64,000 nucleotides of DNA from Fimicolochytrium jonesii (Eukaryota), in assembly GCF_025526975.1 (NCBI RefSeq), contig NW_026515669.1, positions 682,001 through 746,000 on the forward strand, in the 5' to 3' direction. The position numbers and the translations under genes are program-made. The notes beneath the pieces were generated by a model. That model saw only the letters and a list, made by a program, of their open reading frames with translations, was not told the DNA's origin and did no database searches. Below are positions 25,670 through 42,300 of the stretch, piece by piece (the stretch's first letter is position 1; every line of letters begins with the position of its first letter).

Positions 25670-27021
25670 TTTAAGCACACATACCCTAATTGTTAAGTGC
25701 CCAAGTTAGGGTTAGTGTTAGGTATGTTTAATGCACAAAAAGTCAAGATCGCGTCCGATATCGCCATAGATTAGTATTCACTTCTTCGCAAACGCGTCGT
25801 TTACATTGTAGGCCTACATACCGCTGGAAAAGCACTATGCTTTGAATCAGTGCCTAGAGCTTGTTGTGCAGCCTTGCTCTAGCGGGAAACTTCCCGAACG
25901 TTGAGACCTAGGGGACGCATAATGACGAGAGGGTGACTTTCACACGCGGGTGGCCGAGAGCCGGCCAGTGACGATCGGATCAAAACATGTCCTCAACACG
26001 CGTAAAGCGTGACATGCTTAGGAAATGGACTGCCGGGCAAACGCCAGATCCCGAACCACGTCGAGACCATGCACATGCAGCCCCCGACAGGAGATCAGAC
26101 AAGGAAGGCAGGAGGCGAGGAGAAGCTGAATGGCTGGAGCGTTTAGTTTTATTTCCATATTTCCAGAGCACCGCAGCAACGGTAACAAAGATGGAGTATT
26201 TTTCGAGGTCGCGTGTGTACGAGGATTTGGGGACGAACACTTGCTTCCTACCCTCCCTACACATACATAGATTGAGCAAGTATTTTTCTCTTGCTCCTGC
26301 TAACTGTACGTTCGGTAGAACGCAAAATGCCTCGTCGGAGGAAGTCATAAGAGGGATGAAATTCTCAAATCAGTCAAAAACTTCCCGCTACTTCTCAAAT
26401 CAGTCAAAAACCGTCGTTCATGGGCCGAAACGTGATTGCGAATACTTCATCCAGCTTTTTGGAGTGCAGACCCTATATATATATATCTGTATATATACTC
26501 GGCACTCAAGTGCCTGACCCAAGTTGGATGTGGATTTTGGGAAAGTTCCCACGAGGACCACGAGGAAGCCCCGCCACCTGCAGCACTTAAGGCGGTGCCA
26601 GTCTGCCAGAATCGGCTTCTGGTGACGCGTGCGGGCTCAGCGACATTCCAGAAGAATCAAATGGCAATAACCGCGGCTGGCTTATTGAGGCCACGCTGCA
26701 ACGGCGAAAACTTTACCTCAACGACAACCCCGGAATCCCAGAAGAGCTGTTCTGCACATCCCAGCCTCAGCACTGCGGCCCAATATCATTCATACCACAG
26801 GAGCGACACCCGCTGCAGGAACACCTCCTTGAAGACTCAGAATTCTATTGTGAAGTTCCTGTCTTCACGTCTTTCGAACAAGTCAGCACTAGTCGGACCG
26901 TCGCTATCCGTGATCGCAGAGCACAGCACTTATTGGGAATTTTATTTCTCTGCTGAGCACAATACACCACGGGACGAAGGGCTCCTCACTTGTCGCGGAC
27001 CTACGTTTTACGATCGTATAA

Positions 27022-29752
<2,731 letters not shown>

Positions 29753-30436
29753 GCACTTTTTCGCCGATCGTTTGCCGTTTCTTTCCGGCTTGGAGGCTCG
29801 GGAACAGTGAAAGCATGGCAGACCCCATTGGGCTTCTCGATTCACCACGTGCCACCGCCATCGTCCCGGTCCCTAGCTTTACCCATCGTCACGAACCATC
29901 CTTTTCTGAAAGAACACTCACGCACGCACTGGCTGTGGCTGCATGTCTCTTATATCTCCCCAACCTCACATCATAATCTTTTTTCCGTAGTTAATCTGCA
30001 AAACACCCCCCGCTATTCTGTACATGCTTATACAGCCCCCCATCTCCCATCGATTGCTACACATCGGACCGTTTTGCCTTACTTCCGCTCAATTCTTCAT
30101 AAATAGATTTGCGCCTGTGTCTGGCTCGCTATTTACTTCTTGACCCGGAGCCTGATATGGAAGAGCAAAACTCTCTGGAATTCATTCACACACATCAAAA
30201 GTTTTCAAGCCCGACAATGTTTTCATTCTCGAAGATATGACCGTCTACATGAGGATCAATCTCTTCGACTACTGGACACGTATAGCGCATCCCAAGAACC
30301 CCTGCCCCCATATTCCTCCCACGTAAATACTGCCTATTATATACACCAAAATGGACCGATGCAAGCAAAGCAGAACGTTCAAAGCTATGACTGCAACTAG
30401 CCGCGCATCCGAGATCCCCAAGATAAACTAATACTT

Positions 30437-33400
30437 CTACTGTTGGGAGGGTAACCTTGGCCCGCTCGACGGGGGCTGTTGCTGTTGCTGTTGTTGATGC
30501 GGTCGCGACGCAGCACCTATCCCGTTGCCGGTAGGCGTCATCGTGGTAGACGGCGGGACATATAAGCTCGCTTTCGCGCCTGTGCTCAGTGAGTTGCTGA
30601 GGACGTTCGACGTTGACGGAGCGACAGAGAAACACGCGTTCCACATCGGTATTTGCGGGCTGTTCATCTGCTTCGGTGCATGTTGCTGAGACTGGGACTG
30701 CAGCTGCGGTGATCTCAATGACTGGAGATTCTGTTGAACTTGGCGTAGTCGTTGTGTTTGCTCCGTGACTGGGGCAGGCATCTGCTGGTTGGTGTTGATC
30801 TGCATGGGTCGGGACTGCTGGTGGGTTCGTGGCTGCTGGGACGTAAAGTTTCCTTGCGCAGCCACAGTCGGCATGACGTTCACCCATTGGCCCGTAGAAG
30901 GATGTGGTTGAAATCCGTCGGAATAGCTATGACGCTGCCCCGGCGCGAACCAAGTGCTCGATGCCCATGTCGCCGTCCCCATCGGGGCGGCAGAGTCCAA
31001 AGCCAGTGGAAGTCTAACATTGGCCAGAGCGGTGTTCGACTGACCCTTCTTGGCCGGCAAGTTTTCCACCCAAGTCGTCGCGAGGGTCTCCAGATCCTGC
31101 ACCTTTCGCAGTGTCCAGTGCGAGATATGTCCCGTCCTAATCAGCGCGCGCAGTTTGGCACGGTATCCCTCCGGGTCCGACCTCAATAATGGGCAATTGG
31201 CATTGTCGGTGGCATGACTGTTGGCTCCGCACATGAAACAGCGCATGTCGACCGGGTTGAGGGAAGTCATCATCATAGGGGTCGGTACCGCCTGGTAAAA
31301 CTGGTAGGGTAATCCCATTGTATGGGGGTCGCTATAGGATTTTGGTTGCGTATTGATCCCGGAGTTAAATGGGTATCCTGGAGGGTATGATGTGGCCGGG
31401 ACTTGGATTGAGGTAAAGTTGCGCGGTGGTTGATAGCCCGGATTCATACTGGCGTTCGTATATACGGTATTTGGGCTAGAATATCCAGTAATGCTACCCG
31501 ACGTTGCAGTGCTGATTGATGTTGGCATCAGTTTGGACGGCCGAGAGCTGCTCTCCGTCGGTTGTGTCGTGGATGGAGGGAAGACCGTGGCGTAATTCGT
31601 TGCCTGTGATGAGCTGGTCGGGATTTGAACTTGCGGCGTTGATGTGTTGGGGTTCAGGAATGGGGTTGCGGGGGAAGGTGGTTCAGTCGTCGTGCGGTTA
31701 GGTAACCCGACAGTATCGCTCTCCTCCACCGACTTAACAGAAATCGGTGAGACAGGTTTAAGGTTACCAACTGCTTCCGCCACGTTCGGTTTGAATTCTG
31801 ACTTTACGCCGGCATATTTGGCAAAGGCTGTGGCGCCACCTTTCGTTGTGGCTTGCTTCATCCCTGTCGAAGTAGTGTTATGGGTGGGTATGATGGGAGT
31901 TCCGATTACAGGGGTCCCGCTCACAGGCGTCATCCCAGCCATCACCCGCTGTGATTCCGCCCGCTGAACCGCAGCGTGAAATGCCTGTGTGCCGGTCAAG
32001 GCAGCAGCAGTTGGCGTCTGGGGCGAAGACTGAGCAAGTTCCATGCGTTCGATCTGGCGTTCCAACTGCGCACGTTGTATTGGCAAAGGATACGCTCCTG
32101 GGAGGAGTGGTGCTGATGGCCCTCCTACAGAGACGGGGCCCGGCAAAGCTGGTCTCTGTGATTGCTGCTGCAGCACATCTCGCCTCACTGGTTGCATTGC
32201 CGGGATCGGAAACGGCGGTGCACGTCCCTGCCTCTTCAGAAACATGGCGACAATGTTCATCTTAGCGATAAACTGATTCCGCACTTCATCGGGCAGTATC
32301 GGTGGAGTGTGGACCGCCGCGACCAACTGATTCATCGCTTCGCGGAGGTACCTGACATTTTCGCGGACGCCACATCGGTCGATTGGATGCAGGTCGTGCT
32401 GGAAGCAGAGCCAGCACGCCGGTGCGATGGCCGTGGCCGTGTAGGCTTCCCGAATTGTAATCCGAGTACCGTCGGCTGCCACCGTTGGCACTGCTGCCGG
32501 AGCTGCGGAAGAAGGTGCCGTATTGTGGGGGGCCGCTTGTTGTTGTTGAAGCCGTGGCTGTTGCACAGGGACGGTGGGCACAAGCTGTCGCTCAGTCGCT
32601 GTCTTGACGGCAGCAGGTCTCCCACGTTGTGGCGCTGCGGGTGGAGGCACAGTCTCCGCGTCTGACATCCGCGATCGGCCCCGTTTCTTTTTGACAGGAG
32701 AGTGCAGCTCCTCCAGAACCATCTCGGCATCAGACACCTCCATCAAGTCGTCCTCATCCTCATCTTCCTCTTCTGCCTGAGGTGCGAACTCCGGATCGAG
32801 GGTAGGATCTTCATCCGGCACCTCCTGCTCTTCCAAAGAGGCTGCAGTTTCGGCATCCGCCTCCGTATCGAACGGCGACGCGGTATCGTCTCCATCGAAA
32901 CCCAAAAACATCCGCTTGTTCATTCGTTTTGACTCCGCGTAGTCCACGTGCCGCCGTTTCCGCTTCGCTCGCCCATTAGGATGAAACTCCTGCTGGGGTA
33001 TCCCCGAAGCCTTGCCCGTGTTATAGGCCAGAAGCCGTTCCCAGAACGCCCCAGCATCATCCTCCTCAACAGCTCCGTTCTCGCCAGTCGCGCCAACGCC
33101 ACCGTCGTCTGCCAAGTCCACATCCGCCCCTGCATCGGCCTTTTCGTTGATCCAAAGCTTCGCAAAGGTACCCAGCTTTGCCGTCGCCGTATTTAATGCC
33201 GGATCTTCTGCATCCTTCTGTTTCTCTGCAAAGATGGCCGACCTGTCAAGCAGTCGATCGACCTCAACATCATCGTACTTGACCTGCTGAGCGTCAATCG
33301 CCTGCTCATCCTCCTCGAACAGAGCTTTGGCTCCATAACGAATGATAGACGACAGTTCCTCGGGGCTGGAATCCTTCTTTGCCATCTGCTCGATGATGAG

Positions 33401-36400
33401 ATGATCGAGGACCAGTTTCTTCTTGCCTGCTTCCAGGATCTTCTCCTCCACGCATCGGCGCGTGAAAAATCTATACACAACGAGCGGCTTGTCCTGTCCG
33501 ATGCGATGGGCACGAGCCATCGCTTGCAAATCTCGGTGCGGATTCCAGTCTGCGTCATATATGATGATGGTGTCAGCGGCGGTAAGGTTGATTCCTTCGG
33601 CGCCCGTGCGGGTGGTTAAGAGAAAGATGAAACAATCCTGATTGCGGTCGTTGAAACGGTCGATGATGCTTTGACGGATATTTAAAGCCGTCTCACCATC
33701 CTGATTACGGAAAGCATCCATCTGTCAGTCACGGGCAAGAGAAATACCTTATCAGAATCCGAAGTTCACAAACTTACCATTCGTACAAACGAATACCCCG
33801 CCCCGATCAAATAATCGTCCAGGATATCAAGATTCATCTTGAACTGCGAGAAAATCAAGATCCGATGGCCTTGGGCATTCAGCTTGGCCAACATCTTATG
33901 CAACAGAGCCAATTTCCCACTGGCTGCAATCATATGCTTCAATGTCTCCTCAGTCGACAGTCCCTCCGGCTCCACGTCCTGCAAGCAGTATGGGTGATTG
34001 CAGATTTTGCGCAGTTCCATCAGCACGTTTTGCAAGGAGCTGACACGCGCGTTATCTCTCCCGGAAGTCGAGATACCGATCTGCTTGAGAATTTGAGCAT
34101 TTTTGGCCAGTACTCCTTTGTAGAGTTCCGTTTGGAGAGAAGTCAGGGATACGGGCAAGAGGATTTCCACTTTCGGTGGTAGTCCAAGATCAGCGGCATC
34201 CTTTGTCCGTCGCAGGAAGTAAGGAGCAAGAAGCTCATGTATTTCCTTCACTTTCTCATCCGTGAGCTCGTCGCTGTCATATTGCTTCTCCCACTCCGCA
34301 GGGTTTTTGAACTTTTTAGGATCCAAGAAACCGAGCAAGTTGAACAACTCGCGCACGTTGTTCTGCAGCGGCGTTCCCGTCAGGATAATCCTATGTTTGT
34401 TCCTTATGTTCTTCCGGAACGCCGAGAACGTTTTGGCCGCGTCGTTCTTCAGCCGATGTCCCTCGTCACAGATCAAGACCTCAAAGTCGATCTTTTTGAA
34501 GAAGGCGCTGTCCCTCATTAGGGACTCGTAATTGGCGAGCAAGACATGGAACCGCACATTCTTGCCGGGATCCCTGTCTTCATCATCGGGTCCAAAGATC
34601 ATCATCTCCCTCAATTTCTCGCGTCCTTTCCCGTCCCCAGTGTAATGCACCAAAACGAGCTCCGGAGCCCACTTTGCAAATTCTGCCTTCCAATGGCCCA
34701 ACGTCGAAGACGGCGCAGCGATGACGAAAGGAAACCGACGGTATTCGTGGTGCAAACAAGCAAGCATTGAGACGATTTGCACCGTTTTGCCCAACCCCAT
34801 GTCGTCAGCTAGAATTGACGGCGTCTGCTTATGCCATTTGTAAATCAGCCAGTTCAACCCGTCGATTTGATATTTCTTCAGCTCGCCTCCGTGAATGAAA
34901 GATGGCTGCGTAATGTGCTCCTGGAAAGGCTTTTCGATGGGCTGCCGGCTATCAACGTCGCCAATCGCGTTCCGCCGCAGATACTCCTGGTACTTTTCTT
35001 GCAGTACTGGATACAAAGGGTCGTCTTCCGGAAATATGTCGTCCTGATAGCATTTATCGAAGGGTAGGCCTTTCCACTTAATGGTCACTGCATCGACGTT
35101 CGAAAACTCTTCTTCGCCGTCGGGGTCAACATACGTGGCATCGACTATGTACTCGATTTCCAATACGCCGGGCGGTAAGGCGTCCTCAACACTTTTCGGC
35201 CAGACTGGTTCTTCTCCCACCTCCGCGGCGGCGGCAATTTCCTTTTCGACTTTAGCCCAAAAGACACGGTATTTTGATTGCTCCGCCTTGCAATTTGAAA
35301 GCCAGCGTTCGGAGACCCTTTGAGAAAAGGAATAAAATCAAGTCACTCCGATAAGCTGACACAAGAAATAGCACTTACCAAGCACAGTGACGATAAGACC
35401 ATTTTGCCCACTTGACATAATACTCGCGTTGGGGCGAGGTCTCGTCAACTTCGTCTGATTGCTCTTCGTCGACCTCCGCATCCCTATATGTGATTATAGA
35501 TTCCCTGGAAAAAGGGATTGTCAGTGAAGATGGCAGGGATTCATGTCTGTAAAAATCGATCGGTAACTCACACCGAGTCGTTCCAGATCAGACAGTCAAC
35601 GCAATGCCACATCCTCTCGAAATGTGACCTCGAGCCAGGGCCGGATGTAATCACGTCCCGGTCGCTGTCGTCCACGTCATCTTTGTAGACCTGCATCATA
35701 CATTCGACATGTGCCAGGAAAGTGCACCGGTAGCATCGGAACAAGGGATATACTGGACCATTTTGGTCGTCTTCATCGATGGGGTACGGTGGCTCCTTGC
35801 AGATAGCGCAGACTTTCTCCTTCCTGCACGGTTGGCATTGCGACTTTGTGAGCATGGACTTATTGGAGCCTTCCACGCATGGTCGATGCCATGCATACGA
35901 GCAGGTGATGCAGTTGAGCAGTCGACCCAGGTCGCCGTCCAGGTCGGCATCGGGAGCCGCCTTTTTTCTGTTTCTCTTGTTGTCTTCGCCCTTGCCTGAA
36001 ATGTGCGCAGCTTTAAGTTCTGATCCAAAAAAAGGAAAGAGCAGTAATATGACCTTGACCTACCACAGTTGTCACACCACTTCGCATGTCGACCATAAGT
36101 TTTTGGCACAACGGAATCTTCGTAATCATCCAGTCCGATTACTCCATCCCCGTCTTCGGCGATCTCTTCCAATTCGTCGTCGTCGTCTTCCTCCTCGTTA
36201 AGGGGCGACTTGCCTTTGGGGTCGTAGGACAGGTCGTTTTCATCGTCAGAAGCTTCGGCAACGTCCTTTGTTGACTCCGTATAGTCCTCTTCGTCGGCGG
36301 CGTCGTCCTTATCGACGGTTGCTGAGGACTTTGACTCTTTCGCAATGTCGTCCACGATCGCGGGAGGTTTCTGACTATTCTCTTTTGGGTTTGGAGGTGG

Positions 36401-36622
36401 TGAGTCCTCGTTGTCGGAGATCGCGATCATGTCGTAGACCTCCTCAGCATGCAGTTTATGGTTGTCCAAGTCCGCCAGAGGACCCTTGCGGGGCTTTTTC
36501 GAGAGTAGAGCTGTAGTGGCTTTTGTTGATAATAGTTCCTTCGTTCTTGCACTAGTAGGTTCTTCCCGTCGAAGTGGAGACACGCTGTTCTGGGAGTCGT
36601 GTTCCAGCACGACGGTAAGCAT
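30437..36622 (-). CDS. CHD-family (Mi-2/Mit1-like) SNF2 chromatin remodeller with PHD-like fingers, chromodomains and C-terminal Cys/His knuckles
   Basis: ILADDMGLGKT, CDEGHRLKN, LTGTPLQNN, SGKLALL, GINLTAADTIIIYDADWNP, QAMARAHRIGQ. Upstream CxxC clusters and YYVKW/IKWKGL chromo motifs. Start approximate. Confidence 0.9.
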
Positions 36623-37538
36623 GCCCGCTCCTTGATCAGTAGTAGAAGTCGGCCACCAGCAAGTACATGAAGGTAAGTGGAGCTGCGGGAGCCAAATGAA
36701 GGGATTTGCTAGATTGCTGTTTGACAGCTTCGTAAAAGCGGAAAACCGGGAAGGCACGAAAACGAGCTATCGCGCACCATTCGATTACAGAAATCGGTAA
36801 CTTGGAAGTTCCCAAAGCCGTCCCACCTCTAATCACCTGCTAATGTAATTGGAGCACAATCATAAACGCGACAATAAGGAAATATGTCATTCTTGTCCGA
36901 GTCGCCGAACCGCGTGTCCGAGAGCTATACCTGTTCCCCAAGCTGCACGGTCATAAGAAGACATTGCTTGCCTGGACATGGAGACCTGCTTGCCTCAACC
37001 GGGCCGTAGTAGCCTGAGTAGCCAGGCGCTGTAATTATGGGAGATTTGTGACAGCACCCAAGTGAACATGTGCCTGGTACATACATACATTATCGCAGCG
37101 GCATGCTGCGTGAACCCATAACTGCGAAATATAACGCCCTATTTGCCTAACGCTCCTGCTTCACATATTATAAAACCTTTACATGCCAGTATCTGCTGAT
37201 CAGAATCAATAAGTAGAGCCTTAGCTTCCCATACTGTACAGCCGAGTAACAGCATCAACATCAGGCAAACATACCAGCTGACGTGTGATTTATCCTTGGC
37301 GCTCCCAGCTAGCCGGAACATTGCCCGACTCCAAACGTCGAGAGCCCCTCGGGACACCGGATCCGCATGATCCTCTGTCTCTCTAAAATAGTCTGTCGAA
37401 TATGATTTTGGGCCATCGTTTTTTGTTCCCAGCCCAGGTTGACGAACGTGTGCTGGTCGCCGGCCAACCCAACCATGCTGAATCAGCCCGCCCATGCTCC
37501 ATGTTCACAGCCAACGCGCGCAGCCGTACTGTACTGTA

Positions 37539-37665
37539 CAGTCACCTCGCAAAACTCTGTACCCCCCCCTGAAATAAATCAGCGACTGCCGCGACGCCAA
37601 ATTCACGTGAGTGACCAATATTGATTTCAATTAGAGGGGGGGTACAGAGTTTTGCGAGGTGACTG
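37539..37665. mobile_element. 127-bp Tc1/mariner-type MITE
   Basis: ~30-bp TIRs CAGTCACCTCGCAAAACTCTGTACCCCCCC and its reverse complement; TA at 37537-37538 and 37666-37667. Confidence 0.9.
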
Positions 37666-39332
37666 TACATACAACGCTCCATAGCAAGCCGCGTCATCTT
37701 TTAGTGCCTCGGCGTCTTCGACGATGTCTTCTAGTGCCTCTAGACTCTCTGGTTCCCCAACGCTGTCCGTCAAGCCCTGTACATCGGCTTCTACGCTACG
37801 TCTAGCTCGCTTGCTCGACCTCGTGTGCTCGCTTGCGTTGGTGCGAGGTTGAGAAACGGCAGAGATCACCTCCTTGGCAGAGATCATCTCATACGAGAGC
37901 GGCATCATCTCTGAAGCTTCAGAGGACGCAAAAAGTCGTCCAGCAGTAGATGGATTTTTTTTTAATAGAGCAGACTTTTGAGCGCTCAAGGTAAGTTGTT
38001 GAACGCGAGAGCAAAGACAGAGTACTATTGCGATGCACAAAGAAGTATATTGAAAATTCAGTATTATACAGCAAGCAAGCGTGCACAGGATTATCACAGG
38101 ATAGGGGTTTGTGGAGGAAGTATCAGTTAGTGCTAACCCCTCTGGATTCCCTCTCGAGAGAGGTATGTGGGCTTGGGACTACCGTCGGCTCATTAGTTAG
38201 CCGATTGCAATCGTACAATCGCCTAACTTATTTGAAGAACAGCGAAAACCAAATGCACGTACCTTTATCATTTTCTGACAGCGCAATTCTCCACAATCCT
38301 CCACAATCCTCCACATAGTTCAATGGCGAAACCAGCATTCCACCCCGCCCGGCCGTCACGACCAAGGGAAAAGAGCGACGGTCCACACCGACTAGGAGAG
38401 AGCAAGTTTCCCGTTTCGATCTCCGCTCAGTCCCTGCTCTTCTTCCTTCCAAGCACCGAAGCCCGACCCAACGTGGTCAACTCCAAGGGTACAACGGATA
38501 GCCGGAAGTGGTGAAAAGCTGGTTGAAGAAAAGTTGAGAGGGAATGCGGATGAGGGTGCTCTTTTATATTCCCTTGCTTGCCTCGCGCGTTCGCTCGCTC
38601 GTTTGCCCCTGGGCCCGCGAAGGGACGAAAACTGCCGATTCTCAGCTTCTGTCCCCGCATATAGAACATCATGTCGAACACTGTCACAAGTGGCAACTTT
38701 TCCGCGGAATTATTCAACCGGCAGTATAGAGTGTCTCTGGGGCGGAGTTTTGGTGGATGACACGTTTTGGTGACCGACACACGCATCAACTCGCGTCATG
38801 TGACCGCACGGGAGCAGTTCATTGTGTTCATACTGCCAGGTACCTGTGTGGCAAGTGCCTCACAGATAAGTATCACCATTGGTTTTGAGTATGTATTTTA
38901 CGCGTTGATTTTCGTCTCGGACATCTCGGACATTCGGACCCGCACGCCAACTCAAGTCACTCAACACCCAAACGCCATTTGTCAGACAAATAACGGTATC
39001 GAACGGTGATGCAAAGACGAAGGTCCAATTCTAGCGCCGGTTGTTCATGGTGAAGCTGGAATCCACTTCGCACAACATATCCCGCCAAAAAAAACAAACA
39101 GGTACATCCTACACATAGCCATTACGCTGCCAAGTGAACGTACTGCGGGAACGTATTTGTATGCCTCGGCTTGCATAGGACAGTGCTTGCCGGCGGACGT
39201 GGTATACATATCGGGGCGGAAGCAGGTTAGTTCGGCCGACAGCTCGTCCCTCACGCGGAAACGGAAAAAAAGAGGAACACGCTGGAGATCGCCGACCCAG
39301 CCTTCACATGGGGTTCCTGTGACAAGGGGCAC

Positions 39333-42300
39333 ATGTCGCGAAGATTATACCTGGAGCTGGCCAAAGCCTTCCGAACCGTCAACTTTCCCTCCGCCGCACC
39401 AACGACGCCAGAGTTTGTGAAGTCGTCGATTCCCCGTTTACGTCGCAATTTCAGTACGACCTTGTCAACAACGCAAGACAACGTTCCAATAAATCCGCGG
39501 AGAAGACAGAGGAGGCCATATGTGTGCTCGGACTGTCAGGCGGCGGCAGCGAATAAGACGGAAGCGCGGCGCGTTCGGAGAGATCCGCTGCCTACCTTGA
39601 CATCTCGGAGAAACTACTCGCAGCAACCGTCTTCAGAGTATGTCGCCGTTCCGGATTCGAATGACGCCTTTACTAGGCAGGATACGAACGACCTGGTTCC
39701 AGCACATTACGAGAATGCAGGTCCCGCCCCATCCGAGCCACCTCCATCGTCAGATCTTCGAGACCCAAACCTAGCTACAAGTGTTGTTGCGGAAGCTGAC
39801 GAACCAGCATATATTGCGCCGGAAGGCGAGGCGCCAGCAGTTAGCGAAGGATGGCGGCAGTTTATTGAGATATGCAGATGGTGGGAGACGCCCGTACCAG
39901 AGAACGTGCCAGAGAACGCGACGGTGGATGAAGGAAACCAGATCATTAAACAGCTACCGATGGAAAATCTCTCGGGAATCTTCGAAGTCCTCGCCGACCA
40001 TCTGAGCAAAGGCCGGTCTGCGAACAAGCTCCGTACGGTAGCGGTCTTCTTGAAACAGAACGGTGTGACTTTGGAGCCTGCACAGTTGCAGGCATTGGTC
40101 CTCGCCCAACGCGTTTTGCGGAATTGGACGGAGACGATCGAGGCTTTTGGCGAGTTGCGGGGGAATGTCGACGCCACACATCACTGGACCGCACCTCAAG
40201 TTGCTGTTTCCGCTATGGTAGCACACATTCGATTGAGGAACAGCCAGCAGGCCCTGAAACTTTTGATGGATGCGTTGGCATGGGGCACCCTCCTGGACGT
40301 GTCTGCCTTCCGATCATTGCTGAGCGCGGCGATCAGCGTATCCGACAATAACCTGATCGCCAAGCTGTTCGATGAGATGGTGCAACGGGAGGTTCCATTG
40401 GACAACAGGTGCATTGCCATATTCGATCTTACGTTACGCGATGATAAGGAGAGGTGGACAAAGTTGCACATAGTCGCGCAAGGACGGGGCCAGCAAAACT
40501 TCGAACAGGATGGAGCTTTCCAGGAAGCGACGGTTGTGACGGCTAGTCGGCTTGGACATTTGGATCTGGCCTTCGAGCATCTCCAAAACCTGAAATCCAT
40601 AACAGCTCATCGCGACGCGGAACTAGTCGCAGCCTATACGGCGTTGATTAGCGCGTGTTTACGCCAGGACACGGCAGGGAGCACCCCCGCAGGCACGGCG
40701 GAAGATCTATACCAGGAGATGAAACAGCTGGGTGTTAAGCCCTCCGTCCGAACAATGACCGTGCTGATGCACGGATTCTACCAACGCAAAGCTCTCCACA
40801 AAGTGCTCAAATACTTCGAAGAAATGATCGAACTGGAACTCGAGCCCGATATGTCCGTTTACAACATCATACTTCGAACCTGCGTACTAGCAGGAAATAT
40901 CCGCAAGATGGAGGCATTCTACGCAAAACTGTGCGAAACCAAGTTCACACCGACACTGCCAGTGCTTACCAGCCTCATGGCTGGCTACGCTTGCCATCAC
41001 ATGCCGGAATCCGCCGTCGCGATTTTCGAAAAGCAACTACCGAAATTGGGCCTGAAGCCCGACATTCATTGCTTCAATGTCATCATTTTCGCGTACGGTT
41101 TAAGAGGCGACGTGACAAATTGCATCACCTGGTGGAACAGGATGCTAGGTGGAGGGTATACCCCGGATAAAGTAAGCTATACGAGTTTCCTGCGTGCCCT
41201 CTCGAGGAGCGGCAACTCGGATGTTGAGGGCCTGTATCAGCGTGTCTTTCCCTCGGAAGTTGATCCGGACAGCACGGCGTACGGTCTGCTTATAAGCGAT
41301 CGCATCAGAAAAGGCGAATTGACCGCTGCACATCAGTTCTTGGAGGAGCTGCTCTCGAGCGGGATGAAGGTCACTGGGGCGTCGGCCGCCGAGTTGATGA
41401 AGGCGTATGAGCATCGCGGTGAGGCATACAACGCGGGCCAGGTTCTCAAAAGCTTCGTGGAGCGAGGTGGTATCATGGATGCCAACATGTACTCCGCCAT
41501 GATGATCATGATGAATCCGCGAGAGCGGCCAGACGAGGTGCTCAAGACTTGGGACGAGATGAAGGAGAATGGAATCGAGCCTAACCGAGCCACGTTCCGA
41601 TCGGTCATACATGCCTACGCCGCCAAATCGGACGTGCCGGCCATATGGGCTACGTTTGGGGACATGCAATTGCGGCTCGTCAGCGTCCATCGGAGGGATT
41701 GGGACCTGGTGCTTTGCCGGCTACTCGATATCTGCTACAAGGACTCAGCGGCCTTCCCCTACCTCGTCAATGCCTACCAATTGATGACGGACGAAGGAGA
41801 ATTCCCAAGCGACCTGGTGTATCGCCGCTTCCTGATCGCCGCGGTCCGGGAGAAGGACAATTCCATATGCTTAAGGTTGATCCGAGACTGCATCGATTTC
41901 GGGTTCGGGCTCAAGTCCCAGCCGCAGACGCGGAAACTGGCGTACGCTTTCGCTGTCGATACCAAGGACCGTGAGCTGCTCATGGATCTCATTGATGTGA
42001 CGATCGGGCTCGGCAAAATCGAGGAGGCTACGCCGGCGGTCAATCTCTTTCTCCGGGACCGGGATGCGGCTGGGTTGGTTCATTGTTGGTATAAGTTGGA
42101 CCAGGGTCATGTCGCACAGCCTGAAACGTCGACGCGGCTCGTGCAACATTATAAACAGGCTGCGTCAGATGCCATGACGGTTTGGGATGGGGGCGTGGCA
42201 GCCACGGGAAATGAAGCGCTGTGGGGGGCGTATTTTACCGTGTGTGCTGCACACGGGTTCCGGGACGAGGCCCTGCATGCCTTCAAGGTTTTGCAAGATT

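Noticed and set aside
25684..25722. Telomere-like CCCTAA/TTAGGG
   Set aside because: Only one or two units, too short to call an interstitial telomere.
37627..38097. 156-aa minus-strand ORF
   Set aside because: No recognisable motif, and its 3' end runs into the MITE.
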